Positions 26,251-36,081 of a DNA stretch of 64,000 bases are shown here, piece after piece. The first letter of the stretch is position 1. Each line of letters begins with the position of its first letter. The stretch lies in NCBI GenBank assembly GCA_017415425.1, contig JAFQGT010000005.1, positions 25,038 through 89,037 on the forward strand, given 5' to 3'. Source of the stretch: Oscillospiraceae bacterium (GTDB lineage Bacteria > Bacillota > Clostridia > Oscillospirales > Oscillospiraceae). The position numbers and the translations under genes were made by a program. The notes under the pieces were generated by a model. It did no database searches. It saw nothing but the letters and a program-made list of their open reading frames with translations, and was not told the DNA's origin.

Positions 26251-27516
26251 TTACTTTTTCAGTTGCTTCTGCAGCCAGTTCTTACCGGATATAAAGCGTT
26301 CAACAATATAGGTAACCACATAATCTCCAGCGGCATTGATCATTGTGGCCGGAGGATCTACCAGATTGCCCAGGGCAATTGCGATGGGATAGGCAATGGC
26401 CAGCTGATCGGGGAAGAAGATGGTGCAGAGCACCAATTCACCGGTACCGCCACCGCCGGGGATGCCGGACATAGCAACCGAGGAGAACACAGCGACAATA
26501 ACAGCCAAAATTGCTTCACCGGTGCCAAAGTCTTTACCAAAGATACCAAACATAAAGGCGACTTTAATAATGGCAGACATCGAAGAGCCGTCCATATGCA
26601 TAGTAGCACCCATAGGCATTACGATGTCCGCAACGTCCTTGCTGATACCTGTGTCCTCCGCTGCTTCCAAATTGGTGGGGATTGTCGCTACAGAGGAGCA
26701 GGTACCGAAGGATACGGCTGCAGGCTTAAACAGGTGCTTAAACATTACCTTCACAGCACCCTTGCCGCCGCCAAAGCGGGCATAAATCGGGAAGAAGGTA
26801 AACATATACACAAAGCAAATTACATAGTAGATGATTAGCGTTCTGCTGTAATCACCGATCAGTTCCGGGCCGTATGTAGCCACAAGATAGGAAAAGAAAC
26901 CGAAGAATCCGATAGGCGCATAGTATGTAATGATCTTGACGACCTTCATAATGCAGTTGGTCAGATCAGCCAGAAGCTTTGCGGTCATCGTTTCCTTGCC
27001 ACCTGCCATCTGGATGCCGAAGCCAAAGAGTACGGCAAAGACAATCAGCGGGAGGATCGCCTTACGGCTTAAAAGCTCTGAAAAATCCGGCTTGGTGAAG
27101 AAGTTAATGATCATATCGCCAATGCCCAGTGTTTTGCCGATATCACCTTCTATTACGGTGTATTTGCCTTGTACCAGAGGGAAGATCCGTGCAACCACAT
27201 ACATAATTATCGCGGCGATGGCGGCAGTAGTAAAAAATGCGACGATGGTGACACCCATAATCTTGCCGGCGCGTTTTATACTGTTCATATTGGCTATGGC
27301 AGAGGCTATGGAGCAGAACACCATAGGAACCACGATACAGAACATCAAGTTAATGAAGATCGTGCCCAGAGGCTCCAGAATCGTGGCACCGGGATCCAGG
27401 ACGGTCTGGCCGGCGGCGTCCTTGACCACAGGCCACAAGGCGCCGGTGATGCATCCGCCGATAATACCGATCAGCATAAAGGTGATGAAACCGTAATTTT
27501 TTATAAACTTCTTCAT
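26251..27516 (-). CDS. Dicarboxylate/amino acid:cation symporter (DAACS family)
   Basis: 421 aa, polytopic. SSVATIP, MPMGATMHMDGS and DPPATMINAAGD resemble the GltP/SstT-type reentrant loops. Confidence 0.87.
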   Translation of the reverse strand: MKKFIKNYGFITFMLIGIIGGCITGALWPVVKDAAGQTVLDPGATILEPLGTIFINLMFCIVVPMVFCSIASAIANMNSIKRAGKIMGVTIVAFFTTAAIAAIIMYVVARIFPLVQGKYTVIEGDIGKTLGIGDMIINFFTKPDFSELLSRKAILPLIVFAVLFGFGIQMAGGKETMTAKLLADLTNCIMKVVKIITYYAPIGFFGFFSYLVATYGPELIGDYSRTLIIYYVICFVYMFTFFPIYARFGGGKGAVKVMFKHLFKPAAVSFGTCSSVATIPTNLEAAEDTGISKDVADIVMPMGATMHMDGSSMSAIIKVAFMFGIFGKDFGTGEAILAVIVAVFSSVAMSGIPGGGGTGELVLCTIFFPDQLAIAYPIAIALGNLVDPPATMINAAGDYVVTYIVERFISGKNWLQKQLKK

Positions 27517-27638
27517 ATCATTCCCTCCAAATATAGATAGAATATGCAGAATCTATGTATATTTTACAGCGCATTACTTGCAAAATAAATACAAAATATG
27601 CTATAATTATTGCAGAAAATGCTGTTGTGGAGGCGTAA

Positions 27639-28502
27639 ATGGAAAACGCATTTGAAAAACGGGGATATCTATTGGAGGACTTTCGCCTGTTTCATCTGAA
27701 TGATGCACAGGGAACGGATGTTGATTTTCACTATCACGAATTTTGTAAGCTTCTGTTGCTGCGTTCTGGCAGCGGTGGCTATACCGTGGATGGACAGCGT
27801 TACCAGTTGGAGGCGGGAGATGTGGTCCTGATCGACAGCCACTGTGTCCACAGACCGGAATTTGAATGTGGACAGCCTTATGAGCGTATCATTGTCTACA
27901 TATCTCCGGATTTTCTGTTGGAAAATTCGAATACAGGCTGCAATTTGCAGGAGGTATTTGACGGGACTTACGGACACGTTCTGCGTCCTGAGAAAGTGGT
28001 ACGGCTTAAGCTGTTTTCGTATATTCAACAATTGGAACAGGAGCTGTCAACAGAAGAGTTCGGACAAGAGATTTTTTGCAAAGAGCTTTTGCTGCGCCTG
28101 ATTGTGGAGGTCGGCAGAACGATGCGCAATTGCAGCGTGTGCCGCCCAAAGGCCACAGTACCGGTCAGCGGCCGGATGCGGGATATACAACAATATTTGG
28201 ATACCCATTTGACAGAGGATATTACCATCGATCAGCTGGCGGATATCTTTTATTTCAGCAAATACCATATGATGCGACGTTTTCGACAGGAGACCGGTCT
28301 ATCAATCTATGGCTATCTGTGTGAGCGACGTCTGCAGTTGGCAAGAAATTTGATATCACAGGGCGTCAGCGCTACCCAAAGCTGTTATCAGGCGGGTTTT
28401 GGCAGTTACAGTGCTTTTACCCGGGCCTATGGAAAGCGGTTTGGTACGACCCCGACAGGCCGCGCAGTACTTTGCGCTCACAGAGATGAGACCTTTGAAT
28501 AA
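27639..28502 (+). CDS. AraC family transcriptional regulator (cupin + HTH)
   Basis: N-terminal cupin (FHYHEFCKLLLL...GDVVLIDSHCVH). C-terminal AraC HTH (ITIDQLADIFYFSKYHMMRRF...GFGSYSAFTRAYGKRFGTTP). Confidence 0.88.
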   Translation: MENAFEKRGYLLEDFRLFHLNDAQGTDVDFHYHEFCKLLLLRSGSGGYTVDGQRYQLEAGDVVLIDSHCVHRPEFECGQPYERIIVYISPDFLLENSNTGCNLQEVFDGTYGHVLRPEKVVRLKLFSYIQQLEQELSTEEFGQEIFCKELLLRLIVEVGRTMRNCSVCRPKATVPVSGRMRDIQQYLDTHLTEDITIDQLADIFYFSKYHMMRRFRQETGLSIYGYLCERRLQLARNLISQGVSATQSCYQAGFGSYSAFTRAYGKRFGTTPTGRAVLCAHRDETFE

Positions 28503-28549
28503 TCCGGCATCAGGCTGGGAATACTTTCCTCAGAAGGAGGAGGGTAATC

Positions 28550-28810
28550 TTGGTAAAAGGAATTTCCCGACAGGTGATCGTGGTTCATCCCCAGAATGAG
28601 AAACTATTTGATCAGGCCATCTTCATATTGAAAGACAGTGCGGTAGGGGAAAAAGGGATTACAGATGAAGTGCTCCTAAAAGAAGCAGGTGCACTTTTGA
28701 ACGGTACCAGATCCAGACAAAATGCTGTTATCAAACTGGCCGGACCTTTATGGGCAGGCTGCGGTGCGTTACTGACCGGGATCGTATGGTTATTGACATC
28801 GGTGTTGTAA
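28550..28810 (+). CDS. Hypothetical small protein with C-terminal TM helix
   Basis: 86 aa. TTG start 5 nt after a strong SD, GAAGGAGGAGGG. Soluble N-terminal domain of about 55 aa, then GPLWAGCGALLTGIVWLLTSVL. No family recognised. Confidence 0.5.
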   Translation: MVKGISRQVIVVHPQNEKLFDQAIFILKDSAVGEKGITDEVLLKEAGALLNGTRSRQNAVIKLAGPLWAGCGALLTGIVWLLTSVL

Positions 28811-28811
28811 C

Positions 28812-28840
28812 TTGCTAAATGAAGACCATTATGGTATAAT
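28812..28840 (+). promoter_or_regulatory. Sigma-A type promoter of dusB
   Basis: TTGCTA (28812-28817), 17-nt spacer, TATAAT (28835-28840), with an extended -10 TGG. Confidence 0.55.
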
Positions 28841-28867
28841 CACCCGGTATACAGAGAGGTGAGAGCT

Positions 28868-29833
28868 GTGCAGATCGGAAACCTGGAAGTGAATAATCCA
28901 ATCGTTCTTGGCCCTATGGCCGGCGTAACCGATTGGGCGTTTCGGACAGTATGCGCGGAACTGGGTGCGAACATAACCATTACAGAGATGGTATCCTCCC
29001 GTGCGCTGATTTACAAAGACAAAAAAAGCGCTGCGTTGCTGAAAAAGAACGCGGGCAGTTTGTGTGGCGCTCAGATATTCGGTAACGATCCGCAGATAAT
29101 GGCACAGGGTGCCCAGTTGGCATTAGAAATCTCCGGTTGCGATTTTCTGGATATTAATATGGGCTGCCCGATGCCAAAAATCGCAAATTCCGGTGACGGC
29201 TGCGGCTTGATGCGTACGCCGGAGCTGGCAGGGGAGATTGTCAAGAAAGTGGTAAAAGCTGTGGATGTTCCCGTGACGGTGAAATGTCGTCTGGGTTGGG
29301 ACAGAGGCAGTATTAATGTGCTGGATTTTACCAAACGTATGGAAGATTGCGGCGCGTCTATGGTCACAGTACACGGCAGAACCCGCAGTATGCTTTACTC
29401 CGGGGTGGCAGATTGGGATATGATCCGCAAGGTCAAGGAGCAGCTGTCCATACCAGTGATCGCAAATGGAGATATCGTAGATGGCGCTACAGCTGTGAAA
29501 TGCCGCAAATGGACAAAAGCTGACGGTATTATGATCGGCAGAGCCACCTTTGGTAATCCCTGGGTATTTGCAGATGCCGCTACAGCGATGGCGGGAGGTA
29601 CAGGTTATGACAGGCCGCCTCTTGCAAAACGAATCGATGTAGCGGTAAAGCAGATCGAAATGGCGCTTGAGGACAAGGGGGAGAAAATTGCTTGTCTGGA
29701 AGCTAGAAAACACTTTGCCTGGTACTTAAGGGGCGTAGCTTACGCCAACTTTTATAAAGAACAGATCTCCGGTATTCAAACTATGTGCGATGTGTATCGG
29801 ATTGCCGAGGGCATTCGTAAAGACTTGAAATAA
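28868..29833 (+). CDS. dusB: tRNA-dihydrouridine synthase
   Basis: LGPMAGVTDWAFR, NMGCPMPK (catalytic Cys), VTVKCRLGWD, HGRTR. GTG 28868 lies 8 nt after AGAGAGG. The track start, GTG 28859, overlaps that SD. Confidence 0.9.
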   Translation: MQIGNLEVNNPIVLGPMAGVTDWAFRTVCAELGANITITEMVSSRALIYKDKKSAALLKKNAGSLCGAQIFGNDPQIMAQGAQLALEISGCDFLDINMGCPMPKIANSGDGCGLMRTPELAGEIVKKVVKAVDVPVTVKCRLGWDRGSINVLDFTKRMEDCGASMVTVHGRTRSMLYSGVADWDMIRKVKEQLSIPVIANGDIVDGATAVKCRKWTKADGIMIGRATFGNPWVFADAATAMAGGTGYDRPPLAKRIDVAVKQIEMALEDKGEKIACLEARKHFAWYLRGVAYANFYKEQISGIQTMCDVYRIAEGIRKDLK

Positions 29834-29885
29834 TTGCATAGTATCGTTTGTTCACCGTTTCACATACTACCTCCGAGGTGGTTAC

Positions 29886-30833
29886 GTGAAACGGTGGATT
29901 TTTTTTGCTCTGCTGGTTGCGGTAGCTTTATCAGTGCCGGTTTCGGCTGAGCCGATCAAGTGGGTGGATTTTGCCATTCCCTATGAGTCGCTGCAGTATG
30001 CTATGCAGGTGGATATAGAAACAGCGGAGCAGGAGAAACATATCAGCTGGATCGATATATTTGCATTGGCCGGGTGCAGAACAGGGGGTAAGTGCGGACT
30101 TGCCTCTGTAAAAAAGGCGGTGGCGGATCTGGGGGGAGAAAAGACACCCCAACAGCTGCTTGGCGATCTGTACCGGTACTATGATTACTACCACACAGCA
30201 TATGAAGCGGTACTGGGTGGTCTGCTGGGGAATTTTGCAATAGAAGTCAACGGGGAGGTAAAACCCGTCTACGGACTAAAGGCCTTTAGCCCCATCGCAG
30301 CCGGTTATAGCTACCGTCATTGCTCCGATTTTGGAAATCAGCGCAACTTTGGATTTGCCAGAAGGCATTTAGGTCACGATATGATGGGCGCTTTGGGAAC
30401 GCCCATCGTGGCGGTAGAAGGGGGCGTTGTGGAAGCAATGGGCTGGAACCGATACGGCGGATGGAGGATCGGCATCCGTTCCTTTGATTCCAAGCGCTAC
30501 TATTATTATGCCCACCTGCAGAAAGATAAGCCTTTTTTGGAGAATCTAAATGTAGGAGATATCGTTCAGCCGGGGGATGTGATTGGCTTTATGGGACGCA
30601 GCGGATATTCGGATCGGGAAAATGTCAATAATATCGAGACGGTGCATCTGCATTTCGGAATGCAGTTGGTGTTTGATGAAAGTCAAAAGGAGTGCAACTC
30701 GGAGATCTGGATTGATGTGTATCCGATTGTGCGACTGCTTAGTCAACACCGCAGCTCAGTGGAGCGTAAAGAGGAAACCTGGGTGCGTAAATATTCCTTT
30801 GTGGATTTGGACACAGAAAACCTGGTAGAATAA
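29886..30833 (+). CDS. M23 family metallopeptidase with signal peptide
   Basis: Signal sequence MKRWIFFALLVAVALSVPVSA. M23/LytM motifs HLGHDM...GTPIVAVEGG, YYYAHL and HLHFGMQ. GTG start after GAGGTGG. Confidence 0.85.
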   Translation: MKRWIFFALLVAVALSVPVSAEPIKWVDFAIPYESLQYAMQVDIETAEQEKHISWIDIFALAGCRTGGKCGLASVKKAVADLGGEKTPQQLLGDLYRYYDYYHTAYEAVLGGLLGNFAIEVNGEVKPVYGLKAFSPIAAGYSYRHCSDFGNQRNFGFARRHLGHDMMGALGTPIVAVEGGVVEAMGWNRYGGWRIGIRSFDSKRYYYYAHLQKDKPFLENLNVGDIVQPGDVIGFMGRSGYSDRENVNNIETVHLHFGMQLVFDESQKECNSEIWIDVYPIVRLLSQHRSSVERKEETWVRKYSFVDLDTENLVE

Positions 30834-30878
30834 GTGTAAGTTTGTGTAGTTTTTTCGAAAAAATTGACCCATAAAGAT

Positions 30879-30908
30879 TTGACAAATTAGGGGACCCTGT
30901 GATAGAAT
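30879..30908 (+). promoter_or_regulatory. Sigma-A type promoter of the pyr operon
   Basis: TTGACA (30879-30884), 18-nt spacer, TAGAAT (30903-30908). Confidence 0.5.
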
Positions 30909-30940
30909 TTCAAGGATAAATATTATGGGGGAAGAACGGA

Positions 30941-32149
30941 ATGATGAATGCACAGATGAAATTAAAGAACGTCAATTGCTGTGTTGATGGTATTGTTTCC
31001 TCCGTTGCCTCTTTGTTTGGCGATTTGTTTATGGACGATAATGGTGAATATGTTGTTTTTCCCGGCTTTTGTGATGTGCACGTGCATTTCAGAGAGCCGG
31101 GTTTTTCTTATAAAGAGACCATAAACAGTGGCTCAAAGGCAGCGGCCAGAGGCGGTTATACTGCAGTATGTACGATGCCAAATCTGAATCCTGTACAGGA
31201 TTCAAAGGAGCATTTGGCGCAGCAACTGAGATTGATCGAGGAAAATGCCTGTATCCACGTCTACCCTTACGGAGCAATCACAGTGGGTGAACGAGGCGAG
31301 GAACTGTCCGATCTGGAAGGTATGGCGAAGAATTCGATTGCATTTTCCGATGACGGACGGGGTGTCCAGAGCGACGATATGATGAAAGCGGCGATGCTTC
31401 GTGCAAAAGCTCTGGGGAAGATGATCGTTGCCCATTGTGAGGTCAACAGCTTGCTTAAGGGCGGATATATCCACGACGGTGTTTATGCAGCGGAGCACGG
31501 ACATAAGGGTATTTGCAGCGCCAGCGAATATGAGCAGGTTGCAAGAGATCTGCGATTGGTAGAAGAAACCGGCTGTAGCTACCACGTGTGCCATATTTCT
31601 ACAAAGGAAACTGTAGAACTGATTCGACAGGCAAAACAGAAAGGTCTGGATGTAACCTGCGAGACCGGACCCCACTACCTTGTGATGGACGACAGCTTTC
31701 TGCAGGAAGACGGCAGATTCAAGATGAATCCTCCACTTCGGGATAAGACCGATCGGGAGGCGCTGGTAGCGGGCATTCTGGACGGAACGATTGATATGAT
31801 CGCCACCGATCACGCGCCCCACAGCGCTGAGGAAAAAGGTAAGGGCCTGGCCGGAAGTGCCTTTGGGGTGGTTGGACTGGAAACGGCATTCCCTGTGTTA
31901 TACACCAAATTGGTATTAACCGGAATCCTACCCCTTGAAAAGTTGATTGATCTGTTTAGTGGCAATCCCAGAAAGCGCTTCGGGATCCCGGCAGGAGATG
32001 ACTATACGGTATGGAATCTGAACAGGGAGTTTACGGTAGACCCGGCGGATTTTCTGTCTATGGGTAAAGCCAGTCCCTTTACCGGCTGGAAGCTAAAAGG
32101 TGAATGTGTGCTGACCGTCTGCGGCGGTAAGCCTGTATATATGAAGTGA
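30941..32149 (+). CDS. pyrC: Dihydroorotase
   Basis: DVHVHFREPG, VAHCE, CHISTKE, ATDHAPH. Confidence 0.92.
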   Translation: MMNAQMKLKNVNCCVDGIVSSVASLFGDLFMDDNGEYVVFPGFCDVHVHFREPGFSYKETINSGSKAAARGGYTAVCTMPNLNPVQDSKEHLAQQLRLIEENACIHVYPYGAITVGERGEELSDLEGMAKNSIAFSDDGRGVQSDDMMKAAMLRAKALGKMIVAHCEVNSLLKGGYIHDGVYAAEHGHKGICSASEYEQVARDLRLVEETGCSYHVCHISTKETVELIRQAKQKGLDVTCETGPHYLVMDDSFLQEDGRFKMNPPLRDKTDREALVAGILDGTIDMIATDHAPHSAEEKGKGLAGSAFGVVGLETAFPVLYTKLVLTGILPLEKLIDLFSGNPRKRFGIPAGDDYTVWNLNREFTVDPADFLSMGKASPFTGWKLKGECVLTVCGGKPVYMK

Positions 32150-32166
32150 TTATGGAGGAATAAGTT

Positions 32167-35100
32167 ATGCCAAAGAGAACAGACATTAAAAAGATTTTGA
32201 TCATTGGCTCCGGTCCCATCGTGATCGGACAAGCCGCTGAATTTGACTATGCCGGCACACAGGCCTGCCTTGCCTTAAAGGAAGAGGGCTATGAAGTTGT
32301 TTTGTGTAACTCCAACCCCGCCACCATTATGACCGATACAGTCATTGCCGATAAGGTCTATATGGAGCCGCTGACTCTGGAGTATATTGCCAAGATCATC
32401 CGCTATGAGCGCCCCGATGCCATTGTTCCCGGCATCGGCGGTCAGACCGGTTTAAATCTGGCTATGCAGCTGGAGAAAAAGGGTATTCTGCGGGAGTGCC
32501 GTGTGCGGCTGCTGGGCACCTCCAGCGCATCTATTGAGCGGGCAGAGGACCGAGAGCTGTTCAAGCAGCTGTGTGAATCTATCGGAGAACCGGTTATTCC
32601 TTCTGAGATCACTTATTCCATCGAGGAGGCAAAGGAAGCGGCTGCGCGGATCGGCTATCCCGTGGTGCTGCGCCCTGCTTTTACTTTGGGCGGTACCGGT
32701 GGCGGCTTTGCATACTCCGAAGAGGAATTGGTGGAAATCGGTCTGAATGCCTTTAAGCTGTCTCCTGTCCACCAGGTTCTGATCGAGAAGTCTGTGAAGG
32801 GTTATAAGGAAATCGAGTTCGAGGTTATGCGTGACTCCAATGACCACGCCATTACCATCTGCGGTATGGAAAACATTGACCCTGTGGGTGTCCACACCGG
32901 TGACTCCTTGGTGGTTGCGCCCATTATGACCCTGTCCAAGGAAGACGAGAAGATGCTCAACGATTCGGCAATCAAGTTGATTCGTGAGCTGAAGATTGAG
33001 GGCGGCTGCAATGTTCAGTTCGCCTTGAATCCCGAGACTTCTGAGTATTATCTGATCGAAGTCAATCCCAGAGTTTCCCGTTCCTCCGCGCTGGCATCCA
33101 AGGCATCCGGTTATCCCATTGCCCGTGTGACCGCTAAGATCGCAGTGGGTATGCATTTGGAAGAGATCGCAATCGCCAACACCAATGCTGCCTTTGAACC
33201 AAGACTGGATTACACCATTGCCAAGCTTCCTAGATTCCCCTTTGATAAGTTTGCTACCGCCGCCAATACTCTGGGCACTCAAATGAAAGCTACCGGCGAA
33301 ATTATGGGCATTGGCTCTACCTTGGAGGAGTGTTTGCTGAAGGGTGTCCGGTCTTTGGAGATCGGCGTTTGCCACTTCCATATGGCAAAGTTTGATAAGA
33401 TGGCAACGGATGATATGCTCTCCTATCTGGAAACATTCCAGGATGATAACATTTTTGCGGTGGCTGAGCTGCTGCGGCGGGGCATTTCCGTGGAGAAGCT
33501 GCACCAGGTAACAAAGATCACTGCTTTCTTCCTGGAGGCAATCCAGCGGATCGTTGCGATGGAAAAGGTTATAAAGGCTCATCCCGGCGATGTGGAAACA
33601 CTGAAGGCCGCCAAGAAGATGGGTTTCGGTGATAAGTTTATCGCCCAGCTTTGGAATGTGAAGGAAATTGAGGTCTATAACCTCCGCAAGGCACAGAACC
33701 TGTTCCCGGTATACCGTATGGTGGATACCTGCCATACCGGCGCGTATATCCCGTATTTCTACTCCTCCTACACCGGCGAAAACACCTCGATACTCACTAA
33801 TAATAAGAAGATCGTGGTTTTGGGAGCAGGCCCCATCCGTATCGGTCAGGGTGTTGAATTTGACTACTCCACTGTACACGCGGTGATGACCATTAAGAAT
33901 GCCGGATACGAGGCTATTATCATCAACAACAACCCCGAGACAGTCTCCACCGACTACACCACAGCAGACAAGCTGTACTTTGAACCTCTGACTACTGAAG
34001 ATGTGATGAACATCATCGAGTTTGAAAAACCTGACGGCGTAATTGCATCTCTGGGCGGACAGACCGCCATCAATCTGGCGCAGCCGCTGACCGATCGCGG
34101 TGTCAAGATCATTGGCACAGATTGCGAAGCCATTGACAAGGCTGAGAACCGGGATGCTTTTGAAAAGCTGCTGTCTGAGCTGAACATTCCGCAGCCTACC
34201 GGTAAGGCGGTCACCAAGATTGAAGACGGCATCGCTGCTGCTGCCAATATCGGTTACCCTGTGCTGGTGCGTCCCTCCTTCGTTCTGGGCGGTCGCGCTA
34301 TGCAGATCGTTGCCAATGAAGATCAGCTGCGTCACTATCTGAAGACCGCTGTTGAGATCGATGAGGACAAGCCGGTTCTGGTGGATAAGTATATCGAGGG
34401 CCGCGAGGTGGAGATCGACGCCATCTGCGACGGACACAATGTGTTTGTTCCCGGTATTATGGAACTGGTGGAGCGTACCGGTGTCCACTCTGGTGACTCT
34501 GTGTCTGTGTATCCCACATTCTCTATCTCCGACCGGGTCAAGGGCATCATTCTTCAGTACGCCAAGAAATTGGGTCTGGGTATCGGAATCGTTGGTCTGT
34601 TCAATATCCAGTTTATTGTGGACAGGGATGACAATGTGTTCATCATCGAGGTCAACCCCCGCTCCTCCCGTACCGTACCTTTCCTCAGTAAGGCAACCGG
34701 TTACTCTCTGGCAGATATCGCTACTGAGGTTATCCTGGGCAGAACGCTGAAGGAGCAGGGAATCTTCGACATCTATCCCGAGGAAAAGAAGCGCTGGTAT
34801 GTTAAGGCACCTGTCTTCTCCTTTAATAAGATCCGCGGTCTGGATGCCTACCTGTCTCCGGAAATGAAGTCTACCGGCGAAGCCATTGGCTACGACAGCA
34901 CAATGAACCGCGCCCTGTATAAGGCTCTGCAGGCTTCCGGTATGCACCTGCAGAACTACGGTACTGTACTGGTTACCATTGCCGATCGGGATAAGGAGGA
35001 GGCACTGCCCCTGATCCGCCGGTTCTATCAGCTGGGCTTTAATATTGAAGCTACTCACGGTACAGCCAAGTTCCTGAAGGCCAACGGCATCCGCACTCAT

Positions 35101-35334
35101 GAGCTGGGTAAGATCGGTGACGGCAGCGATGAGATTCCCAATGCGCTGCGCCAGGGCCACATTGCTTATGTGATCAACACCAAGGATCCCGGTAGCGCCG
35201 GAAATGACGGTGTGCAGATCCGTCGGATTGCGACAGAGCACAATGTATCCCTGTTTACCGCGCTGGATACTGTCCGTGTCCTGTTGGATGTTTTGGAGGA
35301 AACCACACTGACCATTTCCACCATTGACGCATAA
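32167..35334 (+). CDS. carB: Carbamoyl-phosphate synthase large subunit
   Basis: 1055 aa. Duplicated ATP-grasp halves (ILIIGSGPIVIGQAAEFDYAGTQA and VVLGAGPIRIGQGVEFDY) and an MGS-like C-terminal domain. Confidence 0.98.
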   Translation: MPKRTDIKKILIIGSGPIVIGQAAEFDYAGTQACLALKEEGYEVVLCNSNPATIMTDTVIADKVYMEPLTLEYIAKIIRYERPDAIVPGIGGQTGLNLAMQLEKKGILRECRVRLLGTSSASIERAEDRELFKQLCESIGEPVIPSEITYSIEEAKEAAARIGYPVVLRPAFTLGGTGGGFAYSEEELVEIGLNAFKLSPVHQVLIEKSVKGYKEIEFEVMRDSNDHAITICGMENIDPVGVHTGDSLVVAPIMTLSKEDEKMLNDSAIKLIRELKIEGGCNVQFALNPETSEYYLIEVNPRVSRSSALASKASGYPIARVTAKIAVGMHLEEIAIANTNAAFEPRLDYTIAKLPRFPFDKFATAANTLGTQMKATGEIMGIGSTLEECLLKGVRSLEIGVCHFHMAKFDKMATDDMLSYLETFQDDNIFAVAELLRRGISVEKLHQVTKITAFFLEAIQRIVAMEKVIKAHPGDVETLKAAKKMGFGDKFIAQLWNVKEIEVYNLRKAQNLFPVYRMVDTCHTGAYIPYFYSSYTGENTSILTNNKKIVVLGAGPIRIGQGVEFDYSTVHAVMTIKNAGYEAIIINNNPETVSTDYTTADKLYFEPLTTEDVMNIIEFEKPDGVIASLGGQTAINLAQPLTDRGVKIIGTDCEAIDKAENRDAFEKLLSELNIPQPTGKAVTKIEDGIAAAANIGYPVLVRPSFVLGGRAMQIVANEDQLRHYLKTAVEIDEDKPVLVDKYIEGREVEIDAICDGHNVFVPGIMELVERTGVHSGDSVSVYPTFSISDRVKGIILQYAKKLGLGIGIVGLFNIQFIVDRDDNVFIIEVNPRSSRTVPFLSKATGYSLADIATEVILGRTLKEQGIFDIYPEEKKRWYVKAPVFSFNKIRGLDAYLSPEMKSTGEAIGYDSTMNRALYKALQASGMHLQNYGTVLVTIADRDKEEALPLIRRFYQLGFNIEATHGTAKFLKANGIRTHELGKIGDGSDEIPNALRQGHIAYVINTKDPGSAGNDGVQIRRIATEHNVSLFTALDTVRVLLDVLEETTLTISTIDA

Positions 35335-35343
35335 GGAGATCCG

Positions 35344-36081
35344 ATGAAACAAGGTATCTTTGAGATCATTGAAAATACCGCCTTAACGGAGTCTGTGTTT
35401 CAGATGCGGCTCCGTGGCGACACCTCAGCCATTACGGCGGCGGGACAGTTTGTGAATATTCAGCTGGATGGTTTGTATTTGCGCCGTCCTATATCTGTAT
35501 GTGACCTGGACGGAGATGTACTGACCATTGTGTACAAGGTTGTGGGTAAGGGTACGGAGCAGATGTCCCATATGCACCCCGGCGAAAAGCTGGATGTTCT
35601 CACCGGTTTGGGTAATGGGTATGACCTGTCCCTTTCCGGTGACAAGCCGGTGCTTTTGGGCGGCGGCGTTGGCGTTCCGCCTATGTATCTGCTTGCCAAA
35701 CGGCTGATCGGACAGGGCAAACAGGTAAAGGTGATCCTGGGCTTCAATACCAAAGCGGAACTATTTTATGAGGACGCGTTTCAGGCGCTGGGCGCGGATG
35801 TGACCGTCACAACTGTGGACGGCTCATATGGAACCAAGGGCTTTGTTACAGATGCCTTAAAGGATATGGACTACACCTATTTCTACACCTGCGGTCCGGA
35901 ACCGATGCTGAAAGCTATCTACAAGGCATCCAATACATCCGGTCAGATGAGCTTTGAAAAGAGAATGGGCTGCGGTTTTGGTGCCTGTATGGGATGCTCC
36001 TGCAAGACCATTACCGGATACAAGCGCATCTGCAAGGAAGGCCCTGTGATGCAGAAGGAGGAGATCTTATGGGAAGACTAA
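35344..36081 (+). CDS. pyrK: Dihydroorotate dehydrogenase electron-transfer subunit
   Basis: FAD/NAD-binding fold (RRPISV, GGGVGVPP) and a C-terminal 2Fe-2S motif, CGFGACMGCSC...C. Confidence 0.9.
   Translation: MKQGIFEIIENTALTESVFQMRLRGDTSAITAAGQFVNIQLDGLYLRRPISVCDLDGDVLTIVYKVVGKGTEQMSHMHPGEKLDVLTGLGNGYDLSLSGDKPVLLGGGVGVPPMYLLAKRLIGQGKQVKVILGFNTKAELFYEDAFQALGADVTVTTVDGSYGTKGFVTDALKDMDYTYFYTCGPEPMLKAIYKASNTSGQMSFEKRMGCGFGACMGCSCKTITGYKRICKEGPVMQKEEILWED

Noticed and set aside
30834-30940. PyrR-binding attenuator or leader peptide in the pyr operon leader.
   Set aside because: There is no ARUCCAGAGAGGYU-like loop, no terminator hairpin and no plausible leader ORF. Only a promoter is visible.
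32452-35352. 966-aa ORF antisense to carB. Similar long antisense ORFs lie at 36758..38050, 42385..43590, 43307..44596, 49785..50876, 20102..21214, 3856..4695, 13075..13911 and 1043..1924.
   Set aside because: The opposite strand encodes unmistakable housekeeping proteins over the same span. The antisense translations are low-complexity and Arg/His/Gln/Cys-rich, with no SD. Those I checked are codon-aligned shadows explained by rarity of TTA/CTA/TCA sense codons.
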